Assembly (NCBI GenBank): GCA_050084515.1
Contig: CM114271.1
Coordinates: forward strand, 32,054,001-32,118,000
Origin: Blasia pusilla
Lineage: Eukaryota
Direction of reading: 5' to 3'
Length of the DNA: 64,000 nucleotides
Shown: piece after piece, positions 11,460-24,789 of the stretch
How the letters are laid out: every line of letters starts with the position of its first letter
How positions within the stretch are numbered: position 1 is the first letter of the stretch
The notes under the pieces: model-generated
Told to the model about the DNA's origin: nothing
What the model saw: the letters and a program-made list of their open reading frames with translations, nothing else
Database searches by the model: none
Program-made: the position numbers and the translations under genes

Positions 11460-13328
11460 GAGGTGCGGTAAGAGGAGAGGAAGAGAGGAAGAGAGGAGAG
11501 AGGAGAGAGGAAACTACCTTCAACCGAAATAGATACTTTTTTTAAGAGAATTTCGTTGGGTTGAAGAGAGGAAAATTTTTGTGTGAATTTTTTTGCACTT
11601 TTTTGTTCATTTATTAAGCAGTTCCACAGTTTGTTTTTCCTCTTCCATATTTTGGCAACCCCTTTGAGTCCGACGAGTTGCAAATTGCACAAAATTTAGA
11701 AAACTGAAAAATTAGTGGAATCATAAGTGTGGAACCAATCACTTTTTCCATCCAAGGTCTGGAAAAAATCTATCATTTGCCCCGGGCTGAATAGAGTTCA
11801 AGCTCAAAGTGAAGGTTGAGGAAAAATAAAAGTACAATCTAAAACCTCATTTTGCATCCTCAAAGTGGTTTGTTTAAAATACTTCGCACTTCTTTGAGGG
11901 ACAGAATTGGTTGGTGGATTCCTACTCCTACCTCCGACTCTCTTAAAACTACCAGCAACACATAGTACATGTGCTTACAAGGGAAATACCTTTTGCCACT
12001 TGTCTCTCTTTGGACAAAGTCATCACATGAACATGTGGGAAAGCAACAAATGTGCACCACATACACCCCTGTGACACTTGAATTTACAGTGTTGTTCCTG
12101 ACCCAATACATCCTTCCTATTCCATTGCCACTCAAGACATCTTTCGTGGCGATGATCTCTATTTTTTCCTCCTGAGCTGATGCAATTCGCTTTGCTCTCT
12201 CCACCGTTGGCCTACACATTCTGTTTCTCTTCACCCCATTTCTAGACTCAAACAGAAATAATGGATTGAGATCATCCACCTTCTCCGGGTACATGTTGAC
12301 ATCAATCTTGGGTTGAATACGAAATTCGAAGGTCTCTGTAATGCGAACATGCTCCCTCGTAGACTTCCTTTGTCTACGAGGGAGAAACCGGCACTTGTAA
12401 GATTGTCCACTTCGTCTTGAGTGCAGTTCGTACCTGCGGCGATGGGCCAAATCGTGGGGGTATTCCCCGGAGCTCCAATGGCAGCCAGATAAGACTTCCG
12501 GAAAGCGCAAGATTCATTTGGGTAGAAGAAGTGCTTCCATTGATCCCCGGCCCTCGTGAAACGATCAAAGGTTTTGAGTCCCCAAAACCCAGGCAGTGGT
12601 CGTCTAGTCCTTGTACAATTCTCATTTAGGAAAGTGCCGCATGCTCTCCTAATGCCATCAGATCTTGCCCTGCAGGTGGGTCCACGTCCTGGGTTGCTCC
12701 GAGATATATGCCACCGTTTTAGGTTGCAATCCACCTCCATTACCGGAATCCCATATTGTTGAACCACCCCAGTGACAGGATGTTGCGAACTTCCAACAAC
12801 GGAGGGCTTTTGAAATAAAACATTCACTGATTTTGGAGAAGTAACTCCATCACGGCTTTGGGATGGGTCCGGGGTCCCCGAATACCTGGGCGGCGTAATT
12901 TTCTCATCCAAATCAATCACCGGATTAGTTCCTCGATGTTGCCTCTTCACCTGCCTGAAGTCAAGATACTTATCTGGTCTCCACGAGTCTCGCTCGGACT
13001 GCTCTATCACCATCTGTATGGGACATCTTGAAACCCGTCCACGAATATCCCCACCTATGTACGTCTTGCTCGAGTGGAGTTCCAGCTACGCACCGGTTGA
13101 AGGCTTCCACATACATTTTTTCATCACCAGATCTCATAGCCGCCCTGACATAGAGCTCGTAGATCGACGGCCCCTTTCCTTTTGTTATGCCTTTTGTGAG
13201 GAAGATATGGGATGCTGCAGATTATAGCATTGCTCTTGCCTGGTCTTGTTGGCATGCCTCCACAAGTGAAATTCGTTGGCATGCTTGTGACAACCTCCAG
13301 GAGGAATGAACACTTTCTGCTCCACTTG
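11460..13328 (-). mobile_element. MULE-like element 3' part: SWIM-finger exon and terminus GAGGTGCGGTAAGAGG with a (GA)-rich tract
   Basis: YVVHICCFPTCSCDDF...PCKHMYYVLL is a SWIM CxC...CxH finger. The sequence from 11460 recurs nearly identically from 63469 with a different flank, which defines the terminus. Confidence 0.75.
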
Positions 13329-15332
13329 TAATGGTAAATGGTAAATAGATCAAGCCCGTGGGACCCAAAGGGTCAAAAGGCTGAAAAACACATTACAAGT
13401 CATTCATTGACTGACCCTGAAAAAGATCCTTAAGACCTTCTCCTAGCTACAGCCTAGAGCACTTGAGCGATGAATGATGACGTCCCTAATATAATAACCT
13501 AAATCATAAGGCACTAGCTGTAGTAAAGAATAGAAATTCTCCACATCTATTTTATGAGCTAGTCTTATTTCTCCATACCTTGGACATGTAACAAACACAT
13601 GCTCTTCATCCTCAATATTTTCTCCGTCACATAACCTACAAATTCGTTCACTTTTATCAATTTTAAATCATCGTCCTTCCTCAATTCCTAGCCTATGTGA
13701 CCCAGTTTTATGACGTGCAATAATATGTCGTAAGAACGTGGAGATCCCCGCAAGTAGGTATCCTTGTTCACAATATACAAGCATAGGATTAACATGAAGT
13801 TGATAAAAATCCATTTTGGTGCCCGCACTGCTCCAAATGATATTGAGAGATTGCTTCTGTAGATGCTCACGGAGGGCCATCGGTTTCAAGTCCCAATCGC
13901 GTTCTGCCACATTCCACTTTGAAGACCAAGTCACCACATCCGCCATCCACCCTATGGAACGTGTGGCTCGCAAAGCTTGATGAGGGAGGCGAGAAACATC
14001 AAGAGATCTCACCCTTGCAATGTAAGTGATGGTCAAGTAAAGAGCTTCAGCTTCTAGAGGAAGAAAACCTGTTTCCGCAAGAAGAATAGCATACGGAGTT
14101 TGGTTTCTTACACCCAATTCTTCTTGTAGAAAGATCTTTTGCATTCTTTCCACGCGCTCCCAACCTGTCTTCTTACAACTAGGGCCCCAAACTTGGGTCC
14201 CATATAAGACCATCGGCAACACTAAGCTCCTAAATAAGAATTTCCTTAGACTCCAAGACACAAGATGAGCTCTTCTACACCGGTTTAAAAATGAATATAG
14301 AGTTTTGTAACCAGCTTCTACTCTCTTTTGCACGCAAAGTGCCCAACTATACTCATGAGAGAAATTGATGCCTAGATATTTGTAACTCTTCACTTGTTCT
14401 AATTGTAGACCTTTGTAAAAGAACGAGAACTTGGATCTAGTACCCACTATAATGACTTTAGACTTGTCCATATTAACCTCCATCTGATTCTGGGTACAAA
14501 ACCTTGCCAAAGTGTCGAGGTATTTTTGTAAACTAATGCCATCACGTGCTAGTAATATGATATCATCTGCATACAATAGAGCTTTGATGACAAAGTCCCC
14601 AAGCTTGACCCCTTCACTATCACATTCCTCCAACCACTTTTCGATGTCATCTATGAAAACTCCAAAAAGTGTAGGGGAGAGAGGGCAACCTTGAATGACT
14701 CCAATGGTGCTCAAGATCTCTTGAGTTTGTGAACCTTTGATCTTGGCCCGAACGGAATGGTATAACGTGGCCACATCTGCTAGGAGATTTGGTGGTACTC
14801 CAATGCCTTGCAGCCTTTCCCATAAGAGCATGCGAGGTACAGTATCAAAAGCTTTCTTGAAATCGATGAAGCCGCAAAACAAAGCTTTTCCATTGCCCTT
14901 AGATTTCTCCCATAAAATACGCAAGGCCAAGATATGGTCGATGGTGTTGTATGTTGAACGAAAACCAACTTGGACCCGTGCTCTCTTTTGGAAAGTCTCT
15001 GTCCATGTGCTCAACTTCGATTCCACCAATTTCCCAAAAAACTTGGCAAAAACACTACCCACCATGATAGTGCGATAGTTTGTCACCAAGTCCTTCCTTC
15101 CTGATTTGTGAATAAGAACAATCTCCCGTAACGACCAGGTTGAAGGAAAACCATAGATAGCAGCATCACCCAATACTTTGGTGAGGATCGGTCCAATACA
15201 ATCTCCTCCCCACTTGAAAAGTTCAATAGAAAGACCATCCAAATCCTGACATTTACCATTCGCCAATCTTCTAAGTTGAGTCATCACCTCTCCTTCGGAG
15301 AATAAGCCAAGTATTCCTTCACAACGTGGCAT
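13329..15332 (-). mobile_element. 5'-truncated LINE with near-intact RT
   Basis: ORF 13668-15380 has NYRTI, FIDFKKAFDTV, QGCPLSP and YADD. Tail aatggtaaatggtaaat at 13330. Confidence 0.93.
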
Positions 15333-15850
15333 AATAATAATAATAATAAATGGTAAATAGATCAAGCCCGTGGGACCCAAAGGGTCAAAAGGCTGAAAAA
15401 CACATTACAAGTCATTCATTTACTGACCCTGAAAAAGATCTTTAAGACCTTCTCCTAGCTACAGCCTAGAGCAGTTGAGCGAAGAATGATGACGTCCCTA
15501 AGATAACAACCTAAATCATAAGGCACTAGCTGTAGTAAACCTAAATCATAAGGCATAGATGTAGCATCAGGGAAGAAATAGAGCTTTTCGGCAAAAGATA
15601 TCAAAGATTTGGGATCAAGAGTAGGTTTTGAAGACCGTACTACTAACCGTCTCCAAAATGATTTGGGGTCCTCATGCAGCTCCCTTGTCAAGGACTCTTG
15701 TTTCCGCCGCAAGAAAGCTCGTTTCTTAGATTTCACCAAGTATTTATAAAGGCTCGTCATAATAAGCCGACTTGGGATATCCAAAGTTTTATCAACTGAT
15801 CGTGCCCTTGCTTGCTTGCATTCAGAGTCAAACCACTCATTACAAGGCAG
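15333..15850 (-). mobile_element. LINE 3'-end fragment fused to an internal LINE fragment
   Basis: Tail plus 3' UTR at 15333-15540, then the WFDSECK...KSFW linker region at 15555-15850. Confidence 0.85.
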
Positions 15851-16010
15851 GATATGTCGGGATGAGACTCTCTGGGCCATCTCATCTCGCTCCACATACA
15901 CGTATCTCCGTACAAGAATACCGGCCTGCAACACTGCAGCCAAACCAGTGCTAATCCCACCAAAGAGATCTAACACACAAATGCCCTCCGGCGGATACTG
16001 CCATACAATG
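15851..16010 (-). pseudogene. C5-cytosine DNA methyltransferase N-terminal motifs I-II inside the Gypsy polyprotein
   Basis: ICVLDLFGGISTGLAAVLQAGILVRRYVYVERDEMAQRV matches the DNMT pattern VLxLFxGI..G..AL...G..V..Y...E.D..A..V. Confidence 0.75.
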
Positions 16011-19000
16011 GCAGTAGTATCCAAAGGGGACAACCCAACTGGACCAGAAGTAGGAGTCTGCCGTGAAGCCTCCTCTTCCTCGTGAGGTATAATAGCCTCA
16101 TACCAAGCTTCCTGCACTAGGGGATCAGCCTCTTGCCGTAGTGCACCGCCTGAACTCCAAAGTGGCACATCCAACGATGAGGATACCACTGCTGCAAAAC
16201 TAGGGACCTCCTCTACCTCCTCATGCACAGGAGAATCCATAGCATAAAGGTTACCCTCCAAAAAGTCTCCTGGCCAAGTGACTAATCCACTAAAACCAAC
16301 CACAGATGCTAACACTATTGGGGAACCCTCCTGGTCGAGCCCCATAAATAAATCTCACAGGAACTTGGCTCATATGTCCATCCCCGGACTGCCAACCAAG
16401 TCTAGAAGACGCTGTCTCAGTCCAGTAGTCCATCTGAAAACCCATCGGGTACAATACTGCTCCTCCAACTAGTATATCATATGACTCGGCCGATGTGACC
16501 ACTGCAGGTACTCCCAACCTGTAGCTATCAGTCACATGATATGGTCTCAACTGTACACACAACTTCCCCCGTGTCATGAAATGAGACCTATCATTGGCTC
16601 CTCCAAGTGATCTCTGAATCTGGAATGGGTAAGGCTCAAGCTCTGACCTCCAAATACCCAAACCAATACATGTTGCCTTTCCCAACATCAAAGGTTGGGC
16701 ACCATAGTTTAAGAAGACTCTATCTGGTCTATACACCTGTCATGTAGGACTCACCAATCGGAATATCCCACTCCGGTTGTCCAACATACAAACACTATGT
16801 GTAAGCCTCTCACGATCAATGGCTGGCGGGGCTGGTAATTCATCCATCTTTGCCGCTGCTGCCTGCCAAGTAGCACTGGTACTCAATGCTACACCTGACA
16901 TAGAGGGTTGCTCCACTGCAACAACCTCATCCACCTCAACACGTATAGCAGTAACACTCTCACGTTCACACAACATGGCTGCTAGCTGAAATACATAAGC
17001 TAAGTCAACTCCTAAGGCCATCAACTCAGTGGCTGAAAACAATGGGGATCCCAACACTGAAGTTGCCATCCACAATACTGCACTGGATGTTGCATCTGTG
17101 TCTACTACACACGATGTAGATACCTTAGTCCCCACTATAGGCTCAATAGACTGCGTAGGAACCATGGATGGCGTCCTAAGCACCTCAGACAACAAGAATG
17201 ATTGGGGGAGCCTAGCTTGCCTCCCAGCCTCACCCCTCTGTGGGTCCAACTCCACAATAGAACCACGTGGCTCTGACGCTCGAGTGGCTTTTCCTCGTAA
17301 CTGCAGTTGATGCCTCAACCTGTGTTGCACTTGCCATATAAGAGAGATCATCTCCTCCATAAGAGGTGGAAGCCCCTGCTCCTGAACCTACTCTATGTTG
17401 GATATGAGCCATAGTAGCCAACCTCTGCTCCAACTGCTCAATCTTGGCAGCCATAGCTGACTTTGTCGTAGTGGTAGGGGCAGCCACCGTAGGCTCTCCA
17501 ACCGCTGGTCCACCTCTACCACCCCTACCACCTCGGCCTCTCGCAACTACTCCACCACGGCTGCGGCATGATCTCAACTTTGGATGAAGATCAAAGCAAC
17601 GCTCTCGAGGATGACCTGGTCTCCCGCAATGATCACTCTGAGTTGGGACTGATTGAGGCCCATCCTCCAAAGTCCGTCTCCCATCCTCTTGGGGACAAAA
17701 CCTCCTAACATGATCACCTCCACATGTCCAATATGATTGTCCTTGCTGCAGGGCAGCAAATGAAGGCAATGGTCTTTGCGCAAGCGTCCCTGTAGGACCT
17801 AACTGAGGTCGTGTGGACCCCCCACGACTCCCACTATTACTACCATCACCACTACTATGAGACTGTGAGGTGGACTGCTGAACACGAGAAGTAGTAGTTG
17901 TATCCCTACTGAATGCGGATGTCATCACCCTCTCCTCCATCATGTTAAGTTCAATCTTCTCAAATAGAGCAAACACATGGGCCAATGTGGGTGAATCATC
18001 ACTCATAAGAGTAGCATCACGTACCCTATGGCGCAACTCTCTGTCCAAGATCCCATACCAAAACTGGACTGCCTAAGCCTCAGTCACACCCTAGATAACT
18101 GAAATCAAGCGTCGCATACAAGTGTATGCCTCACGAAGACTCTCACCAGTCTTTCGCTCAAATTCCTGAAGACTCCTCAACTTCTCTATCTTCACTCCCT
18201 GAAAGTTCTTCTTCAACCTCTTGAAGAACTTTGCAATCAGGCTGAACGATGGTGGGGCACTAATACCCCCACTGGCTCGTACTCGCACCACTCAATGTCG
18301 GGCTGGCTGACACAGTAAGAGCACTACTACCACTACCACCATGGGTGATAGACACATAGCATGGAGACCAATATTTTTCTCCATGCCTCAATCTCAACAG
18401 CATGGTCCATCCTAAACTCATGGTAATCATCCATGGGTGGTCCCTCCAAGTGCTGAAACAACCCCTTCCAAGCCAAGAAGGGTGTAAACGACGTGGTGTT
18501 CTGCAACATCTGCATATCACACCACGTATCAAACTCCTGAATGGAGTCCTCCAACTCAATGGTGCCCACTGCACCCGAGTATCGTCGTGGGCTCTTCATG
18601 GCCCCATACATTTCGTCCATGTCCCAAATCAATGGAGTTGCAACACTTGATAACAATGTAGAAGACTTGGTGTTTGGAACACCCTCGTCCTCCTCTTCAT
18701 CAACCGTCGGAAGTGGAAAAGGTAGCTGATACCTCAATCCGCTTCGTGTAAAACCACCACTGTCCCCACCACGGTCCCCAACCAGATCACCAGACAGCTC
18801 CATGATGACCAACGCTGATGGCGCACCACCACCAAATCACCACCACTAAGTAACCAAGTGACGTCGATGTTGTTGTACTATTCTAGCTCTACTAGCTATG
18901 GGTGTGGGCAACCTAACCTGTCATCACCACAAGAAGCCTCCCACGGTCTACTGGTCATCACTTCAGTCTCACCGTGAGAGAAACAAATGTAGTTTGACTG

Positions 19001-20384
19001 CCTCACTCCAGCCTCACTACCGGTAGCACGCAAAAGTAAAACTACTCTGGAAATCAACGTCAGCCCTAACAATGGGCGCGCAAGCAAGAAGAAATGATGG
19101 AGGGGATCCAAATACAGGAAGTCCAACGACAATCCTCTAATCGCAAATGGAAGTACAAAATGGAAATCAAGGTTACAATCCACCAAACATGGTGCCCCTT
19201 GAATCAAAAAAACCAACCACACAATTCTAACGCAATAGTTACTCCGCCGGTGGTCGATGACATGCTAGTCGCACTCGCAGCACCTGAAAATATCATCTGC
19301 ATGGAGAGGCCATACCGTACTATGCGCTAGAGGTCCATCAACTGAAAACCCAAGATGCATAAAAGCGCCTAACGCATCTCCAAATAACCCCAAATGAGCT
19401 ACACCAGTGTGTACACTGGCATAGTTAAGTACTCAGGCGTTAAGCGTCTTCCAGGAAGAATACCCCAAAGATGGGTGACCAATTATGCAACACTCAACTC
19501 GCAAACTTGCTTGCTTGCTTGCTCCTTACTCCTTACTCCGCCTCTCACGCCCAGTCGCCCCGAGCTACCACGAGTTGCCTCGAAGCCTCGAAACCTCAAA
19601 ACGCCGAGAAATGCTCGAGACATGCCATGCTTCGCTATGGAGAGAGGCCCAACCAGGGCGCCCCCAGCGGGATAGGCGTCTCCAAAAACGGACGAGTCAC
19701 CAACCAACCAGCCCCTCCGATCTGCTGTCCACCATAGCCAGACCTTGAGCTAGTCCGCAAAATTTCGACCAGCAATTATTCCACAAATCCTCAACCAAAA
19801 TTGAATTTTTTTCAACCAGAATTCAATTGGACACCATAGCTACCTCTCCACAAAAAATCAGCTACAATTGAGTTGTGTACTATGAGCTAAAAATCAGAAA
19901 AACTTGTTGTCCATACACCTCCAGAATCGCAAATCCGACAGCACTTCCGCCCAGATTCATGCACACAGAAATCTGCAACACTCTTTCACCACAATAGCAA
20001 TCCGCTCCACACACTCAAGCACATAGCTTCATATGAGATCAAAATAAAGGTAGCAATAGGAACCTACAACCTACAAGCTTGGAGCTTCCGCACTCCAAGC
20101 TCTCCACATCAGAAAACCGTCGAACACGAACCAGAATCTTCAATCTTTGATAACTTCCAACTCCCTTGACGAAATCCGGCGATCTAAAGTGCGTTGGAAA
20201 GTTCTCAGCAAGGCGCTTCTTTCCCAACCAACCACGCACCAGATCCACACCTCCAACATAGGCCACAAGCCACGAACATCCACGGCTGAGTACATAATCA
20301 ACCCTAACCAGATCCTACTGATCTACGATCGAAGCTACCATCGATCTACTCCAGTTTTTTGAGTGAAATCCATGAAAGACCTAC

Positions 20385-20775
20385 TGTCATAAAACACGTA
20401 TAGAATCACATATAATCGAGCCAAACCCACTCCACGATGGGAGAATCCAGGTCGAAGCTTGCGGGAACCACCATAGTTAAGAGCTCCACTTACTACCAAG
20501 GCTAACTCCCATCGCAACAGGCTCAACTCAAAGAACTAAATATTCTTTGAGTACACTCCACACTATATCCTCCAAGCTAAGGGCGGGCCCTACTGGAAAA
20601 GTCACCCTCAACGGAGTAACCCCCAACCCTATTCCCACGGGCTTGATCTATTTGTCATTTACCATTTACCATTTATGTATGAAACCGCATCCCTACCAAG
20701 ACACTACGGCCCTACATAAGGTATGGCCTCTACTAGCACACTATACTCTATGACATAATCTATATGGTCATGACA
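20385..20775 (-). repeat. LTR (family A), containing a 41-bp LINE-tail insertion
   Basis: TGTCAT...ATGACA termini. Matches 42628-42974 and 1-324. Confidence 0.9.
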
Positions 20776-23004
20776 GTACAGCTTAGATAGTTTATACAAT
20801 TCCCAGGAATTTACATGCAAGACGGGACCCCCTTACTTGGAGGAAGGGAAAAGTCCCCTGCCTTGATGCAAACGCTCATCGAGCTCTGTTCAAGGCTGGG
20901 TGACTTGGTGTTTGACTTAGTGGGCCTATCAGGGGCGAGTATCAGAGGTGCCTAGCAAAGTGGCAGGAACATTCTCTGCCTTGAGGGAAGGCTGGAACTT
21001 TATGACCTTTGCAAAGAGGCAAAGGCAGATTACGACAGGCTAGTTGGAGCATACAACTATCCTCCAAAGCCGAGAGCTCAGATTCCAGACCCACCATTGG
21101 TAGTGACACCATCGTCACTTCCCACTATTCCAAAAATTGGGAGGGTAAGGCCGACAGTAATTCTGGAAGAGCTCTCGGACGATGACGAGTGAGTTCAAAG
21201 AATTTAAGGACCCAGCTTGACTGAAGCATTTTGGAGTAGGGATTTATTGGTTTCCAAGGACAGAGCACATATTGATACTGGATGGGTGTCACCTTGCACA
21301 GCGTACAAGATTTACTGCCGAGGAAGGCGCTGGGACTCAAATCAGGTTACATGGAACCGTTATGGTGTACTTAGGGGGGGGCCAAGGCTCTCAAATTCCC
21401 CAATATTTTTGATACCCGTCTACAATCGGCCAGAGGAGCCACATGTATCCCAGGGCATTCCTTTTGTACAGAAACCTAGGAGAGTTAGGAGTAAATTTGT
21501 AGATGACGAGGCTGAAGAAATCATAGACTAGATCAAATGTACATTTCCGAGCTTCCCTCGGATGTAATAAAGGACAAGAATTTTTCGATCCATGATGGTG
21601 TTTGTAAAAATTTTCTGAATATCTTTTTTGGTCTTGTCAATTGTGTTGGTCTATCTACTCATAATGTTTATTTTGCAACCCGTCTGATTCCGACGGGTTG
21701 CAACTTCTCACAATATTTGAACCACTTTCAGGCAACCAGTCGGATTCCGACAGGTTGGCGACTTGAGTGATCGGACTCTTTCCCTGTTAGTCCAACTTTT
21801 GAGGCATTCTGACGGGCTTCTTTACTTTTGGCTCGTTCCCATATTATCGTCAAACCAGTCGTAGGCTTCTTCTCCTCTCTAAGACGTGTTGGATTTCTAC
21901 TACTTGTCGGATTGCCATTTGGGATTCCCAACCTATTGGATTCTCATGGGATGCAAGGAAGAATGGAATCACTTCTCAAAATCCTTCTTTTGTTATGGTG
22001 AGCTTGCTTGCAAGGGATGCAACCCATCCAATTCCGTCGGGTTGCAAGAGTTGCAACCTATCAAATTCCGACGGGTTGGGTGGGGTGCAGTCTCTCGGAT
22101 TCTCAGATTTAGGATCTGAATGAAGGGACATGGGAGCGTCAGTTCCTCTTTACTCCTAATAGCTAAATATCTTGTGCTTCAATTGTTGTATCGTCTGATC
22201 ACGTTTTCTTTTTTATTGGTTCCTCTTTACTCCAGACAACTATCAATCTTATGGTTTAATTTTCATCTCGTGTGTTCACATTTCTCAATGGCAGAGAGAA
22301 TGGTGAAACCAAGTTGTCAAATGCACAGGAGTCCATGGTATACTTTGTACACCCATTCAAGAGCCCACATCATCAAATGATGTAATGAAAGTGTAAGGCT
22401 ACCATGAGTGACGAGCGATTTGTTCTGTTGTGGAAAAACCCCCTTATAGATGAGTATTGATACCTTCGGCAAGAAGAGTCGAAAATCCTTTAAAGGCATT
22501 TCCTTTTGCCTTTCTTTTGCAAAATATTGAGGAGTATTTTATGCCTTTTGCAAGAAGAGATGTCAATCCATAATGTCAACCATATATTCTGAGAAGTTAA
22601 ACCTTGAAGGGCACCGTAGTCTATTGAGACCATAGTTAGAGTAGTAAAAAATACCCCTGGGCACAGCTTACTATAGACTGAGACAAGCAATGTGAAGAAA
22701 CTTAGGCTCATATGGAGAGTGATGGAAGAATTTTTGTAGTGGTGTTATGATGTCTACTTTTTTTTTCGCCCCCAGGAAAAATGAGGTTACTTTAGGCCCG
22801 AATGTGGTCCACTTGCTACTCTCTTTTAAAGATTTCTTGTATTTTAAAGCAAACAAAAATTTCAAATATGTCAAAAAATTTTGAAGAGAGGAGGCGGACT
22901 CTCCTCTCTTCCTCTCTTCCTCTCTTCCTCTCCTCTCTTCCTCTCTTCCTCTCTTCCTCTCCTCTCTTCCTCTCTTCCTCTCTCCTACGAGAATACCAGC
23001 CCCC
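20776..23004 (+). mobile_element. Right-hand part of a second copy of the methyltransferase-carrying TIR element
   Basis: Decayed MTase last exon at 20776-21125 (EKSPALMQTLIELCSRLGDLVFDLVGLSG), small ORF at 21217-21531, palindromes, and a TIR ending GAATACCAGCCCCC at 23004. Confidence 0.85.
21217..21531 (+). CDS. Small TE-borne ORF or exon of unknown function (copy 1)
   Basis: HIDTGWVSPCTAYKIYCRGRRWDSNQV...FVDDEAEEIID, conserved with 57894-58214. Confidence 0.45.
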   Translation: MTEAFWSRDLLVSKDRAHIDTGWVSPCTAYKIYCRGRRWDSNQVTWNRYGVLRGGPRLSNSPIFLIPVYNRPEEPHVSQGIPFVQKPRRVRSKFVDDEAEEIID

Positions 23005-23326
23005 AGCTTGGGGACGTTGAGCTTTGGTATGCACCTTTGATAGGTGAAATGATACTCCTCACAAGCTTGGGAGGACGGAGATATATTGGGCTCAAGGTCG
23101 CTAATTATATGTAGAGGTTTGGCGAACAAGTGATTTAGGATATGGGGAGAATGTTTAAGCTCTTAGCCCGAGAGTCCAGAGAGGGACTCGCTGTCCTATT
23201 TGTGCGGAGGGGCTGCCTCCCAGCGGTAGGGTGCCCAAAGAGAGGCCGCTTGTTACCCCCAGAGATCATCACTACCTGCCAAGGTGAACAGTCTTGGCAT
23301 TAAGCCGCAGAGGAGGGCCCGTGAAT

Positions 23327-23328
<2 letters not shown>

Positions 23329-23378
<50 letters not shown>
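23329..23378. repeat. (AG)n microsatellite
   Basis: About 25 perfect AG units. Confidence 0.97.
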
Positions 23379-23382
<4 letters not shown>

Positions 23383-23729
23383 TGGGGCATCCCCCATTGT
23401 TATCCAATATTCCAACAGAATGAGAAAGAATGATAAAGCGATGTACATCTAATGTGATGTCCCAGCAATGTAGGAATCATCTAACTATCCCACACATGTT
23501 ATTTACATGATTGGGATCCCCAATAAATATTACATACCACTGCAGCAGCTTTGGGCAATGAATGAAGGCTACTGAATGTAGTGAAGGTAGGATGCCTATA
23601 CGAGCCTTATAACCATCATATATCCCGAACCACAACTTGTGTGGCAAATGAGGTTGCTTGAGCATTTACTCCCAAATATTCCAGTTCTATGTTAGAGTAT
23701 TAATTTGGTCTTGGATTTTACCTCCCTAC

Positions 23730-24780
23730 CCATATATCTAGGCATTGATTTCTCTCATGACTATAATTGGGCATTTTACGTGCAAAAGAGAGTAGAAGCT
23801 GGTTACAAAGCTCTATATTCATTTTTAAATCGGTGTAGAAGAGCTTATCTTGTTTCATAGCTCTTAGGAAGTTCTTATTTAGGAGCTTAGTGTTGTCGGT
23901 GGTCTTATATGGGATCCAAGTTTTGGGCCCTAGTTGTAAGAAGACAAGTTGGGAGCGCGTGGAGAGGATGCAAAAGATCTTTCTACAAGAAGAATTGGGT
24001 GTAAGAAACCAAACTCCTTATGCTATTCTTCTTGTGGAAACAGGTTGTCTTCCTCTAGAGGCTGAAGCTCTCTACTTGACCATCACTTACATCGCAAGGG
24101 TGAGATCTCTTGATGTTTCTCATCTCCCTCATCAACCTTTGCGAGCCACACATTTTATAGGTTGGATTGCGGATGTGGTGACTTGGTCTTGAAAGTGGAA
24201 TGTGGCGGAACAGGATTGGGACTTAAAACTAATGGCACTCCGCGAGCATCTACGAAAGAAATTTCTCAACTTTATTTGGAGCAGCCTCGGCACAAAAATG
24301 GAGTTTTATCAACTTCATGCTAATTCTAAGCTTGTATATTGTGAACAAGGATACGTACTTGCGGGGATCTCCACATTCTTACTTCATATTATCGCATGAC
24401 ATAGAACTCGGTCTCATAAGCTAGGAATTGAGGAAAGACGATGGTTTAATATTGATAGAAGTGAACGAATTTGTAGGTTATGTGACGGAGAAAATATTGA
24501 GGATGAAGAGCATGTGTTTGTTACATGTCCAAGGCATGAAGAGATTAGACTAATTCATAAAATAGATGTGGAGAATTTCTATTCTTTACTATAACTAGTG
24601 CCTTATGATTTAGGTTGTTGTATTAGGAATGTCATTATTCATCGTTCAAGTGCTCTAGGAAAAAGCTGGGAGAAGGTCTTTAGGATTTTTTTCCGGGTCA
24701 GTGAATGAATGACTTGTAATGTATTTTTTAGCCTTTTGACCCTTTTGGGTCCCACGGGCTTAATCTATTTACCATTTTAT
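23730..24780 (+). mobile_element. Decayed LINE 3' part
   Basis: QEELGVRNQTPYAILL, EDEEHVFVTC, 3' UTR and tail, with multiple stops. Confidence 0.9.
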
Positions 24781-24789
24781 TTTATTGAA

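Larger units (their letters stand above)
15851..20775 (-). mobile_element. Ty3/Gypsy LTR retrotransposon 5' half: LTR, leader, gag (zinc knuckles), aspartic protease-like region, C5-DNMT-like segment; truncated by a LINE
   Basis: LTR at 20385-20775 (TGTCAT...ATGACA). Gag pieces at 18812-17230 with LRSLQEFER..GESLREAY and degenerate CCHC knuckles (CGGDHVRRFC, HCGRPGHPRERC). Protease-like RVFLNYGAQP...YDILVG at 16736-16290. Confidence 0.85.

Noticed and set aside
15455-16345. 296-aa ORF as a DNMT-LINE fusion protein
   Set aside because: It is a chance in-frame join of Gypsy sequence and two LINE fragments at 15850 and about 15550.
22671-23129. ORFs with ERKRGREE repeats
   Set aside because: They are translations of the (CTCTTCCT)n tract within the TIR.
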